Assembly: GCF_009914755.1 (NCBI RefSeq)
Contig: NC_060941.1
Strand: one strand, 5' to 3'
Length of the DNA: 64,000 nt
Source: the human T2T-CHM13v2.0 reference genome, Homo sapiens
This document shows, one piece after another, positions 25,501-40,048 of this stretch; within the stretch, counting starts at the first letter, position 1, and each line of letters starts with the position of its first letter. A program made the translations under genes and the position numbers. The notes below the pieces were generated by a model, which saw nothing but the letters and a program-made list of their open reading frames with translations, did not search any database and had not been told where the DNA came from.

Positions 25501-28500
25501 GATGTTTGCATTCAACTCACAGTGTTGAACCTTTCTTTGATAGTTCAGGTTTGAAACGGTCTTTCTGTAGAAACTGCAAGTAGATATTTGGACCTCTCTG
25601 AGGATTTCGTTGGAAACGGGATAACCCGCACAGAACTAAAACAGAAGCATTCTCAGAACCCTCTTCGTGATGTTTGCATTCAACTCACGGTGCTGAACCT
25701 TTCTTTGATAGTTCAGCTTTGAAACACTCTTTTTGTAGAAACTGCAAGTGGATATTTGGTCCTCTCTGAGGATTTCGTTGGAAACGGGATAAACCGCACA
25801 GAACTAAACAGAAGCATTCTCAGAACCTTCTTCGTGATGTCTGCATTCAACTCACAGTGTGGAACCTTTCTTTGATAGTTCAGGTTTGAAACACTCTTTT
25901 TGTAGTAACTGCAAGGGGATAATTGCACTTCTTTGAGGCCTACCGTAGTAAAGGAAATAACTTCCTATAAAAAGAAGACAGAAGCTTTCTCAGAAAATTC
26001 TTTGGGATGATTGAGTTGAGGAAACAGAGCTGAACACTCCTTGCGATGTAGCAGTTTAGAAACACACTTTCTGCAGAATCTGCAAGTGCATATGTGGACC
26101 TCTCTGAGGAATTCATTAGAAACGGGATAATTTCAGCTGACTAAACAGAAGCAGTCTCAGCATCTTCTTTGTGATGTTTGCATTCAAATCCCAGAGTTGA
26201 ACTTTCCTTTCAAAGTTCACGTTTGAAACACTCTTTTTGCAGGATCTACAAGTGGATATTTGGACCACTCTGTGTCCTTCGTTCGAAACGGGTATATCTT
26301 CACATGACATCTAGACAGAAGCATTCTCAGAAGCTTCTCTGTGATGACTGCATTCAACTCACGGAGTTGAACACTCCTTTTGAGAGCGCAGTTTTGAAAC
26401 TCTCTTTCTGTGGCATCTGCAAGGGGACATGTAGACCTCTTTGAAGATTTCGTTGGAAACGGAATCATCTTCACATCAAAACTATACAGATGCATTCTCA
26501 GGAACTTTTTGGTGATGTTTGTATTCAACTCCCAGAGTTGAACTTTCCTTTGGAAAGAGCAGCTATGAAACACTCTTTTTCTAGAATCTGCAAGTGGACG
26601 TTTGGAGGGCTTTGTGGTTTGTGGTGGAAAAGGAAATATCTTCACCTAAATACTACATAGAAGCATTCTCAGAAACTGCTTTGTGATGATTGCATTCACC
26701 TCACAGAGTTGAACATTCCTATTTTTAGAGCAGTTTGGAAACACTCTTGTTGTGGAATGTGCAAGTGGAGATTTGGAGCGCTTTGAGGCCTATGGTCGTA
26801 AAGGGAATAGCTTCATAGAAAAACTAGACAGAAGCATTCTCAGAAAATACTTTGTGATGATTGAGTTGAACTCACAGAGCTGAACATTCCTTTGGATGGA
26901 GCAGGTTTGAGACACACTTTTTGTAGAATCTACAAGTGGATATTTGGACCTCTCTGAGGATTTCGTTGGAAACGGGATAACTGCACCTAACTAAACGGAA
27001 GCATTCTCAGAAACTTCTTGGTGATGTTTGCATTCAAATCCCAGAGTTGAACCTTCCTTTGAGAGTTCAGGTTTGAAACACTCTTTTTGTAGGATCTGCA
27101 AGTGTATATTTGCACCACTCTGTGGCCTTCGTTCGAAACGGGTACATCTTCGCATAAAATCTAGACAGAAGCCTTCTCAGAAACTTCTCTGTGATGATTG
27201 CATTCAACTCATAGAGTTGAACCCTCCTATGCATAGAGCAGTGTTGAAACTCTCTTTTTGTGGAATCTGCAAGCGGATATGTGGACCTCTCCGAAGATGT
27301 CTTTGGAAACGGGAATATCTTCACATAAAAACTAAACAGAAGCATTCTCAGAAACTTCTCTGTGATGTTTGTGTTCAACTCCCAGAGTTTCACATTGCTT
27401 CTCATAGAGTAGTTCTGAAACATGCTTTTCATAGTGTCTGCAAGTGGACATTTGGAGCGCTTTCAGGCCTGTGGTGGAAAACGAATTATGGTCACATAAA
27501 AACTGGAGAGAAGCATTGTCAGAAACTTCTTTGTGATGATTGCATTCAAGTCACAGAGTTGAAGGTTCCTTTTCAAAGAGCAGTTTCCAATCACTCTTTC
27601 TGTGGAATCTGCAAGTGGATATTTGGACCTCTTTGAAGATTTCGTTGGAAACGGGAGAATCTTCACAGAAAAGCTAAACAGAAGCATTCTCAGAAACTTC
27701 TTTGTGATGCTTGCATTCAACTCACAGAGTTGAACTTTCCTTTCGAGAGAGAAGCTTTGAAACACTCTTTTTCCAGAATCTGCAAGTGGACATTTGGAGG
27801 GCTTTGAGGCCTGTGGTGGAAAAGGAATTATCTTCCCGTAAAAGCTAGATAGAAGCATTCTCAGAAACTACTTTGTGATGATTGCATTCAAGTCACAGAG
27901 TTGAACATTCCCTTTGACAGAGCAGTTTGGAAACTCTCTTTGTGTAGAATCTGCAAGTGGAGATATGGACCGCTTTGAGGCCTATGGTAGTAAAGGAAAT
28001 AGCTTCATATAAAAGCTAGACAGTAGCATTCACAGAAAACTCTTGGTGACGACTGAGTTTAACTCACAGAGCTGAACATTCCTTTGGATGGAGCAGTTTC
28101 GAAACACACTATTTGTAGAATGTGCAAGTGGATATGTGGGCCTCTCTGAGGATTTCGTTGGAAACGGGATAAACCGCACAGAACTAAACAGAAGCATTCT
28201 CAGAACCTTCTTCGTGATGTTTGCATTCAACTCACAGTGTTGAACCTTTCTTTGATAGTTCAGGTTTGAAACGGTCTTTCTGTAGAAACTGCAAGTAGAT
28301 ATTTGGACCTCTCTGAGGATTTCGTTGGAAACGGGATAAACCGCACAGAACTAAAACAGAAGCATTCTCAGAACCCTCTTCGTGATGTTTGCATTCAACT
28401 CACGGTGTTGAACCTTTCTTTGATAGTTCAGCTTTGAAACACTCTTTTTGTAGAAACTGCAAGTGGATATTTGGTCCTCTCTGAGGATTTCGTTGGAAAC

Positions 28501-31500
28501 GGGATAAACCGCACAGAACTAAACAGAAGCATTCTCAGAACCTTCTTCGTGATGTCTGCATTCAACTCACAGTGTGGAACCTTTCTTTGATAGTTCAGGT
28601 TTGAAACACTCTTTTTGTAGTAACTGCAAGGGGATAATTGCACTTCTTTGAGGCCTACCGTAGTAAAGGAGATAACTTCCTATAAAAAGAAGACAGAAGC
28701 TTTCTCAGAAAATTCTTTGGGATGATTGAGTTGAGCAAACAGAGCTGAACACTCCTTGCGATGTAGCAGTTTAGAAACACACTTTCTGCAGAATCTGCAA
28801 GTGCATATGTGGACCTCTCTGAGGAATTCGTTGGAAACGGGATAATTTCAGCTGACTAAACAGAAGCAGTCTCAGAATCTTCTTTGTGATGTTTGCATTC
28901 AAATCCCAGAGTTGAACTTTCCTTTCAAAGTTCACGTTTGAAACACTCTTTTTGCAGGATCTACAAGTGGATATTTGGACCACTCTGTGTCCTTCGTTCG
29001 AAACGGGTATATCTTCACATGACATCTAGACAGAAGCATTCTCAGAAGCTTCTCTGTGATGACTGCATTCAACTCACGGAGTTGAACACTCCTTTTGAGA
29101 GCGCAGTTTTGAAACTCTCTTTCTGTGGCATCTGCAAGGGGACATGTAGACCTCTTTGAAGATTTCGTTGGAAACGGAATCATCTTCACATCAAAACTAT
29201 ACAGATGCATTCTCAGGAACATTTTAGTGATGTTTGTATTCAACTCCCAGAGTTGAACTTTCCTTTGGAAAGAGCAGCTATGAAACACTCTTTTTCTAGA
29301 ATCTGCAAGTGGACGTTTGGAGGGCTTTGTGGTTTGTGGTGGAAAAGGAAATATCTTCACCTAAATACTACATAGAAGCATTCTCAGAAACTGCTTTGTG
29401 ATGATTGCATTCACCTCACAGAGTTGAACATTCCTATTGATAGAGCAGTTTGGAAACACTCTTGTTGTGGAATGTGCAAGTGGAGATTTGGAGCGCTTTG
29501 AGGCCTATGGTCGTAAAGGGAATAGCTTCATAGAAAAACTAGACAGAAGCATTCTCAGAAAATACTTTGTGATGATTGAGTTGAACTCACAGAGCTGAAC
29601 ATTCCTTTGGATGGAGCAGGTTTGAGACACACTTTTTGTAGAATCTACAAGTGGATATTTGGACCTCTCTGAGGATTTCGTTGGAAACGGGATAACTGCA
29701 CCTAACTAAACGGAAGCATTCTCAGAAACTTCTTGGTGATGTTTGCATTCAAATCCCAGAGTTGAACCTTCCTTTGAGAGTTCAGGTTTGAAACACTCTT
29801 TTTGTAGGATCTGCAAGTGTATATTTGCACCACTCTGTGGCCTTCGTTCGAAACGGGTACATCTTCGCATAAAATCTAGACAGAAGCCTTCTCAGAAACT
29901 TCTCTGTGATGATTGCATTCAACTCATAGAGTTGAACCCTCCTATGCATAGAGCAGTGTTGAAACTCTCTTTTTGTGGAATCTGCAAGCGGATATGTCGA
30001 CCTCTCCGAAGATGTCTTTGGAAACGGGAATATCTTCACATAAAAACTAAACAGAAGCATTCTCAGAAACTTCTCTGTGATGTTTGTGTTCAACTCCCAG
30101 AGTTTCACATTGCTTCTCATAGAGTAGTTCTGAAACATGCTTTTCATAGTGTCTGCAAGTGGACATTTGGAGCGCTTTCAGGCCTGTGGTGGAAAACGAA
30201 TTATGGTCACATAAAAACTGGAGAGAAGCATTGTCAGAAACTTCTTTGTGATGATTGCATTCAAGTCACAGAGTTGAAGGTTCCTTTTCAAAGAGCAGTT
30301 TCCAATCACTCTTTCTGTGGAATCTGCAAGTGGATATTTGGACCTCTTTGAAGATTTCGTTGGAAACGGGAGAATCTTCACAGAAAAGCTAAACAGAAGC
30401 ATTCTCAGAAACTTCTTTGTGATGCTTGCATTCAACTCACAGAGTTGAACTTTCCTTTCGAGAGAGAAGCTTTGAAACACTCTTTTTCCAGAATCTGCAA
30501 GTGGACATTTGGAGGGCTTTGAGGCCTGTGGTGGAAAAGGAATTATCTTCCCGTAAAAGCTAGATAGAAGCATTCTCAGAAACTACTTTGTGATGATTGC
30601 ATTCAAGTCACAGAGTTGAACATTCCCTTTGACAGAGCAGTTTGGAAACTCTCTTTGTGTAGAATCTGCAAGTGGAGATATGGACCGCTTTGAGGCCTAT
30701 GGTAGTAAAGGAAATAGCTTCATATAAAAGCTAGACAGTAGCATTCACAGAAAACTCTTGGTGACGACTGAGTTTAACTCACAGAGCTGAACATTCCTTT
30801 GGATGGAGCAGTTTCGAAACACACTATTTGTAGAATGTGCAAGTGGATATGTGGGCCTCTCTGAGGATTTCGTTGGAAACGGGATAAACCGCACAGAACT
30901 AAACAGAAGCATTCTCAGAACCTTCTTCGTGATGTTTGCATTCAACTCACAGTGTTGAACCTTTCTTTGATAGTTCAGGTTTGAAACGGTCTTTCTGTAG
31001 AAACTGCAAGTAGATATTTGGACCTCTCTGAGGATTTCGTTGGAAACGGGATAAACCGCACAGAACTAAAACAGAAGCATTCTCAGAACCCTCTTCGTGA
31101 TGTTTGCATTCAACTCACGGTGCTGAACCTTTCTTTGATAGTTCAGCTTTGAAACACTCTTTTTGTAGAAACTGCAAGTGGATATTTGGTCCTCTCTGAG
31201 GATTTCGTTGGAAACGGGATAAACCGCACAGAACTAAACAGAAGCATTCTCAGAACCTTCTTCGTGATGTCTGCATTCAACTCACAGTGTGGAACCTTTC
31301 TTTGATAGTTCAGGTTTGAAACACTCTTTTTGTAGAAACTGCAAGGGGATCATTGCACTTCTTTGAGGCCTACCGTAGTAAAGGAGATAACTTCCTATAA
31401 AAAGAAGACAGAAGCTTTCTCAGAAAATTCTTTGGGATGATTGAGTTGAGCAAACAGAGCTGAACACTCCTTGCGATGTAGCAGTTTAGAAACACACTTT

Positions 31501-34500
31501 CTGCAGAATCTGCAAGTGCATATGTGGACCTCTCTGAGGAATTCGTTGGAAACGGGATAATTTCAGCTGACTAAACAGAAGCAGTCTCAGAATCTTCTTT
31601 GTGATGTTTGCATTCAAATCCCAGAGTTGAACTTTCCTTTCCAAGTTCACGTTTGAAACACTCTTTTTGCAGGATCTACAAGTGGATGTTTGGACCACTC
31701 TGTGTCCTTCGTTCGAAACGGGTATATCTTCACATGACATCTAGACAGAAGCATTCTCAGAAGCTTCTCTGTGATGACTGCATTCAACTCACGGAGTTGA
31801 ACACTCCTTTTGAGAGCGCAGTTTTGAAACTCTCTTTCTGTGGCATCTGCAAGGGGACATGTAGACCTCTTTGAAGATTTCGTTGGAAACGGAATCATCT
31901 TCACATCAAAACTATACAGATGCATTCTCAGGAACTTTTTGGTGATGTTTGTATTCAACTCCCAGAGTTGAACTTTCCTTTGGAAAGAGCAGCTATGAAA
32001 CACTCTTTTTCTAGAATCTGCAAGTGGACGTTTGGAGGGCTTTGTGGTTTGTGGTGGAAAAGGAAATATCTTCACCTAAATACTAGATAGAAGCATTCCC
32101 AGAAACTGCTTTGTGATGATTGCATTCACCTCACAGAGTTGAACATTCCTATTGATAGAGCAGTTTGGAAACACTCTTGTTGTGGAATGTGCAAGTGGAG
32201 ATTTGGAGCGCTTTGAGGCCTATGGTAGTAAAGGGAATAGCTTCATAGAAAAACTAGACAGAAGCATTCTCAGAAAATACTTTGTGATGATTGAGTTGAA
32301 CTCACAGAGCTGAACATTCCTTTGGATGGAGCAGGTTTGAGACACACTTTTTGTAGAATCTACAAGTGGATATTTGGACCTCTCTGAGGATTTCGTTGGA
32401 AACGGGATAACTGCACCTAACTAAACGGAAGCATTCTCAGAAACTTCTTGGTGATGTTTGCATTCAAATCCCAGAGTTGAACCTTCCTTTGATAGTTCAG
32501 GTTTGCAACACTCTTTTTGTAGGATCTGCAAGTGGATATTTGGACCACTCTGTGGCCTTCGTTCGAAACGGGTACATCTTCGCATAAAATCTAGACAGAA
32601 GCCTTCTCAGAAACTTCTCTGTGATGATTGCATTCAACTCACAGAGTTGAACCCTCCTATGGATAGAGCAGTGTTGAAACTCTCTTTTTGTGGAATCTGC
32701 AAGCGGATATGTGGACCTCTCCGAAGATGTCTTTGGAAACGGGAATATCTTCACATAAAAACTACACAGAAGCATTCTCAGAAACTTCTCTGTGATGTTT
32801 GTGTTCAACTCCCGGAGTTTCACATTGCTTCTCATAGAGTAGTTGTGAAACATGCTTTTCGTAGTGTCTGCAAGTGGACATTTGTAGCGTTTTCAGGCCT
32901 GTGGTGGAAAACGAATTATGGTCACATAAAAACTGGAGAGAAGCATTGTCAGAAACTTCTTTGTGATGATTGCATTCAAGTCACAGAGTTGAAGGTTCCT
33001 TTTCAAAGAGCAGTTTCCAATCACTCTTTCTGTGGAATCTGCAAGTGGATATTTGGACCTCTTTGAAGATTTCGTTGGAAACGGGAGAATCTTCACAGAA
33101 AAGCTAAACAGAAGCATTCTCAGAAACTTCTTTGTGATGCTTGCATTCAACTCACAGAGTTGAACTTTCCTTTCGAGAGAGAAGCTTTGAAACACTCTTT
33201 TTCCAGAATCTGCAAGTGGACATTTGGAGGGCTTTGAGGCCTATGGTGGAAAAGGAATTATCTTCCCGTAAAAGCTAGATAGAAGCATTCTCAGAAACTA
33301 CTTTGTGATGATTGCATTCAAGTCACAGAGTTGAACATTCCCTTTGACAGAGCAGTTTGGAAACTCTCTTTGTGTAGAATCTGCAAGTGGAGATATGGAC
33401 CGCTTTGAGGCCTATGGTAGTAAAGGAAATAGCTTCATATAAAAGCTAGACAGTAGCATTCACAGAAAACTCTTGGTGACGACTGAGTTTAACTCACAGA
33501 GCTGAACATTCCTTTCAATGGAGCAGTTTCAAAACACACTATTTGTAGAATGTGCAAGTGGATATGTGGGCCTCTCTGAGGATTTCGTTGGAAACGGGAT
33601 AAACCGCACAGAACTAAACAGAAGCATTCTCAGAACCTTCTTCGTGATGTTTGCATTCAACTCACAGTGTTGAACCTTTCTTTGATAGTTCAGGTTTGAA
33701 ACGGTCTTTCTGTAGAAACTGCAAGTAGATATTTGGACCTCTCTGAGGATTTCGTTGGAAACGGGATAAACCGCACAGAACTAAAACAGAAGCATTCTCA
33801 GAACCCTCTTCGTGATGTTTGCATTCAACTCACGGTGCTGAACCTTTCTTTGATAGTTCAGCTTTGAAACACTCTTTTTGTAGAAACTGCAAGTGGATAT
33901 TTGGTCCTCTCTGAGGATTTCGTTGGAAACGGGATAAACCGCACAGAACTAAACAGAAGCATTCTCAGAACCTTCTTCGTGATGTCTGCATTCAACTCAC
34001 AGTGTGGAACCTTTCTTTGATAGTTCAGGTTTGAAACACTCTTTTTGTAGAAACTGCAAGGGGATCATTGCACTTCTTTGAGGCCTACCGTAGTAAAGGA
34101 GATAACTTCCTATAAAAAGAAGACAGAAGCTTTCTCAGAAAATTCTTTGGGATGATTGAGTTGAGCAAACAGAGCTGAACACTTCTTGCGATGTAGCAGT
34201 TTAGAAACACACTTTCTGCAGAATCTGCAAGTGCATATGTGGACCTCTCTGAGGAATTCGTTGGAAACGGGATAATTTCAGCTGACTAAACAGAAGCAGT
34301 CCCAGAATCTTCTTTGTGATGTTTGCATTCAAATCCCAGAGTTGAACTTTCCTTTCCAAGTTCACGTTTGAAACACTCTTTTTGCAGGATCTACAAGTGG
34401 ATATTTGGACCACTCTGTGTCCTTCGTTCGAAATGGGTATATCTTCACATGACATCTAGACTGAAGCATTCTCAGAAGCTTCTCTGTGATGACTGCATTC

Positions 34501-37500
34501 AGCTCACGGAGTTGAACACTCCTTTTGAGAGCGCAGTTTTGAAACTCTCTTTCTGTGGCATCTGCAAGGGGACATGTAGACCTCTTTGAAGATTTCGTTG
34601 GAAACGGAATCATCTTCACATAAAAACTATACAGATGCATTCTCAGGAACTTTTTGGTGATGTTTGTATTCAACTCCCAGAGTTGAACTTTCCTTTGGAA
34701 AGAGCAGCTATGAAACACTCTTTTTCTAGAATCTGCAAGTGGACGTTTGGAGGGCTTTGTGGTTTGTGGTGGAAAAGGAAATATCTTCACCTAAATACTA
34801 GATAGAAGCATTCTCAGAAACTGCTTTGTGATTCTTGCATTCACCTCACAGAGTTGAACATTCCTATTGATAGAGCAGTTTGGAAACACTCTTGTTGTGG
34901 AATGTGCAAGTGGAGATTTGGAGCGCTTTGAGGCCTATGGTAGTAAAGGGAATAGCTTCATAGAAAAACTAGACAGAAGCATTCTCAGAAAATACTTTGT
35001 GATGATTGAGTTGAACTCACAGAGCTGAACATTCCTTTGGATGGAGCAGGTTTGAGACACACTTTTTGTAGAATCTACAAGTGGATATTTGGACCTCTCT
35101 GAGGATTTCGTTGGAAACGGGATAACTGCACCTAACTAAACGGAAGCATTCTCAGAAACTTCTTGGTGATGTTTGCATTCAAATCCCAGAGTTGAACCTT
35201 CCTTTGATAGTTCAGGTTTGCAACACTCTTTTTGTAGGATCTGCAAGTGGATATTTGGACCACTCTGTGGCCTTCGTTCGAAACCGGTACATCTTCGCAT
35301 AAAATCTAGACAGAAGCCTTCTCAGAAACTTCTCTGTGATGATTGCATTCAACTCACAGAGTTGAACCCTCCTATGGATAGAGCAGTGTTGAAACTCTCT
35401 TTTTGTGGAATATGCAAGCGGATATGTGGACCTCTCCGAAGATGTCTTTGGAAACGGGAATATCTTCACATAAAAACTACACAGAAGCATTCTCAGAAAC
35501 TTCTCTGTGATGTTTGTGTTCAACTCCCGGAGTTTCACATTGCTTCTCATAGAGTAGTTGTGAAACATGCTTTTCGTAGTGTCTGCAAGTGGACATTTGG
35601 AGCGTTTTCAGGCCTGTGGTGGAAAACGAATTATGGTCACATAAAAACTGGAGAGAAGCATTGTCAGAAACTTCTTTGTGATGATTGCATTCAAGTCACA
35701 GAGTTGAAGGTTCCTTTTCAAAGAGCAGTTTCCAATCACTCTTTCTGTGGAATCTGCAAGTGGATATTTGGACCTCTTTGAAGATTTCGTTGGAAACGGG
35801 AGAATCTTCACAGAAAAGCTAAACAGAAGCATTCTCAGAAACTTCTTTGTGATGCTTGCATTCAACTCACAGAGTTGAACTTTCCTTTCGAGAGAGAAGC
35901 TTTGAAACACTCTTTTTCCAGAATCTGCAAGTGGACATTTGGAGGGCTTTGAGGCCTGTGGTGGAAAAGGAATTATCTTCCCGTAAAAGCTAGATAGAAG
36001 CATTCTCAGAAACTACTTTGTGATGATTGCATTCAAGTCACAGAGTTGAACATTCCCTTTGACAGAGCAGTTTGGAAACTCTCTTTGTGTAGAATCTGCA
36101 AGTGGAGATATGGACCGCTTTGAGGCCTATGGTAGTAAAGGAAATAGCTTCATATAAAAGCTAGACAGTAGCATTCACAGAAAACTCTTGGTGACGACTG
36201 AGTTTAACTCACAGAGCTGAACATTCCTTTGGATGGAGCAGTTTCGAAACACACTATTTGTAGAATGTGCAAGTGGATATGTGGGCCTCTCTGAGGATTT
36301 CGTTGGAAACGGGATAAACCGCACAGAACTAAACAGAAGCATTCTCAGAACCTTCTTCGTGATGTTTGCATTCAACTCACAGTGTTGAACCTTTCTTTGA
36401 TAGTTCAGGTTTGAAACGGTCTTTCTGTAGAAACTGCAAGTAGATATTTGGACCTCTCTGAGGATTTCATTGGAAACGGGATAAAGCGCACAGAACTAAA
36501 ACAGAAGCATTCTCAGAACCCTCTTCGTGATGTTTGCATTCAACTCACGGTGCTGAACCTTTCTTTGATAGTTCAGCTTTGAAACACTCTTTTTGTAGAA
36601 ACTGCAAGTGGATATTTGGTCCTCTCTGAGGATTTCGTTGGAAACGGGATAAACCACACAGAACTAAACAGAAGCATTCTCAGAACCTTCTTCGTGATGT
36701 CTGCATTCAACTCACAGTGTGGAACCTTTCTTTGATAGTTCAGGTTTGAAACACTCTTTTTGTAGAAACTGCAAGGGGATCATTGCACTTCTTTGAGGCC
36801 TACCGTAGTAAAGGAGATAACTTCCTATAAAAAGAAGACAGAAGCTTTCTCAGAAAATTCTTTGGGATGATTGAGTTGAGCAAACAGAGCTGAACACTCC
36901 TTGCGATGTAGCAGTTTAGAAACACACTTTCTGCAGAATCTGCAAGTGCATATGTGGACCTCTCTGAGGAATTCGTTGGAAACGGGATAATTTCAGCTGA
37001 CTAAACAGAAGCAGTCTCAGAATCTTCTTTGTGATGTTTGCATTCAAATCCCAGAGTTGAACTTTCCTTTCCAAGTTCACGTTTGAAACACTCTTTTTGC
37101 AGGATCTACAAGTGGATATTTGGACCACTCTGTGTCCTTCGTTCGAAACGGGTATATCTTCACATGACATCTAGACAGAAGCATTCTCAGAAGCTTCTCT
37201 GTGATGACTGCATTCAACTCACGGAGTTGAACACTCCTTTTGAGAGCGCAGTTTTGAAACTCTCTTTCTGTGGCATCTGCAAGGGGACATGTAGACCTCT
37301 TTGAAGATTTCGTTGGAAACGGAATCATCTTCACATAAAAACTATACAGATGTATTCTCAGGAACTTTTTGGTGATGTTTGTATTCAACTCCCAGAGTTG
37401 AACTTTCCTTTGGAAAGAGCAGCTATGAAACACTCTTTTTCTAGAATCTGCAAGTGGACGTTTGGAGGGCTTTGTGGTTTGTGGTGTAAAAGGAAATATC

Positions 37501-37668
37501 TTCACCTAAATACTAGATAGAAGCATTCCCAGAAATTGCTTTGTCATGATTGCATTCACCTCACAGAGTTGAACATTCCTATTGATAGAGCAGTTTGGAA
37601 ACACTCTTGTTGTGGAATGTGCAAGTGGAGATTTGGAGCGCTTTGAGGCCTATGATAGTAAAGGGAAT

Positions 37669-40048
37669 AGCTTCATAGAAAAACTAGACAGAAGCATTCT
37701 CAGAAAATACTTTGTGATGATTGGGTTGAACTCACAGAGCTGAACATTCCTTTGGATGGAGCAGGTTTGAGACACACTTTTTGTAGAATCTACAAGTGGA
37801 TATTTGGACCTCTCTGAGGATTTCGTTGGAAACGGGATAACTGCACCTAACTAAACGGAAGCATTCTCAGAAACTTCTTGGTGATGTTTGCATTCAAATC
37901 CCAGAGTTGAACCTTCCTTTGATAGTTCAGGTTTGCAACACTCTTTTTGTAGGATCTGCAAGTGGATATTTGGACCACTCTGTGGCCTTCGTTCGAAACA
38001 GGTACATCTTCACATAAAATCTAGACAGAAGCCTTCTCAGAAACTTCTCTGTGATGATTGCATTCAACTCACAGAGTTGAACCCTCCTATGGATAGAGCA
38101 GTGTTGAAACTCTCTTTTTGTGGAATCTGCAAGCGGATATGTGGACCTCTCCGAAGATGTCTTTGGAAACGGGAATATCTTCACATAAAAACTAAACAGA
38201 AGCATTCTCAGAAACTTCTCTGTGATGTTTGTGTTCAACTCCCAGAGTTTCACATTGCTTCTCATAGAGTAGTTCTGAAACATGCTTTTCGTAGTGTCTG
38301 CAAGTGGACATTTGGAGCGCTTTCAGGCCTGTGGTGGAAAACGAATTATGGTCACATAAAAACTGGAGAGAAGCATTGTCAGAAACTTCTTTGTGATGAT
38401 TGCATTCAAGTCACAGAGTTGAAGGTTCCTTTTCAAACAGCAGTTTCCAATCACTCTTTCTGTGGAATCTGCAAGTGGATATTTGGACCTCTTTGAAGAT
38501 TTCGTTGGAAACGGGAGAATCTTCACAGAAAAGCTAAACAGAAGCATTCTCAGAAACTTCTTTGTGATGCTTGCATTCAGCTCACAGAGTTGAACTTTCC
38601 TTTCGAGAGAGAAGCTTTGAAACACTCTTTTTCCAGAATCTGCAAGTGGACATTTGGAGGGCTTTGAGGCCTGTGGTGGAAAAGGAATTATCTTCCCGTA
38701 AAAGCTAGATAGAAGCATTCTCAGAAACTACTTTGTGATGATTGCATTCAAGTCACAGAGTTGAACATTCCCTTTGACAGAGCAGTTTGGAAACTCTCTT
38801 TGTGTAGAATCTGCAAGTGGAGATATGGACCGCTTTGAGGCCTATGGTAGTAAAGGAAATAGCTTCATATAAAAGCTAGACAGTAGCATTCACAGAAAAC
38901 TCTTGGTGACGACTGAGTTTAACTCACAGAGCTGAACATTCCTTTGGATGGAGCAGTTTCGAAACACACTATTTGTAGAATGTGCAAGTGGATATGTGGG
39001 CCTCTCTGAGGATTTCGTTGGAAACGGGATAAACCGCACAGAACTAAACAGAAGCATTCTCAGAACCTTCTTCGTGATGTCTGCATTCAACTCAAAGTGT
39101 GGAACCTTTCTTTGATAGTTCAGGTTTGAAACACTCTTTTTGTAGAAACTGCAAGGGGATCATTGCACTTCTTTGAGGCCTACTGTAGTAAAGGAGATAA
39201 CTTCCTATAAAAAGAAGACAGAAGCTTTCTCAGAAAATTCTTTGGGATGATTGAGTTGAGCAAACAGAGCTGAACACTCCTCGCGATGTAGCAGTTTAGG
39301 AACACACTTTCTGCAGAATCTGCAAGTGCATATGTGGACCTCTCTGAGAAATTCGTTGGAAACGGGATAATTTCAGCTGACTAAACAGAAGCAGTCTCAG
39401 AATCTTCTTTGTGATGTTTGCATTCAAATCCCAGAGTTGAACTTTCCTTTCAAAGTTCACGTTTGAAACACTGTTTTTGCAGGATCTACAAGTGGATATT
39501 TGGACCTCTCTGTGTCCTTCGTTCGAAACGGGTATATCTTCACATGACATCTAGACAGAAGCATTCTCAGAAGCTTCTCTGTGATGACTGCATTCAACTC
39601 ACGGAGTTGAACACTCCTTTTGAGAGCGCAGTTTTGAAACTCTCTTTCTGTGGCATCTGCAAGGGGACATGTAGACCTCTTTGAAGATTTCGTTGGAAAC
39701 GGAATCATCTTCACATAAAAACTATACAGATGCATTCTCAGGAACTTTTTGGTGATGTTTGTGTTCAACTCCCAGAGTTGAACTTTCCTTTGGAAAGAGC
39801 AGCTATGAAACACTCTTTTTCTAGAATCTGCAAGTGGACGTTTGGAGGGCTTTGTGGTTTGTGGTGGAAAAGGAAATATCTTCACCTAAATACTAGATAG
39901 AAGCATTCTCAGAAACTGCTTTGTGATGATTGCATTCACCTCACAGAGTTGAACATTCCTATTGATAGAGCAGTTTGGAAACACTCTTGTTGTGGAATGT
40001 GCAAGTGGAGATTTGGAGCGCTTTGAGGCCTATGGTAGTAAAGGGAAT
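37669..40048 (+). repeat. 14-mer HOR variant (2380 bp) lacking two monomers (m9+m10) of the triplicated block
   Basis: The period drops by 335 bp (168+167). m8 (ATGTGGGCCTC at ~39000) joins directly to m11 (GATGTCTGC...GTGTGGAACC from 39081). Confidence 0.95.
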
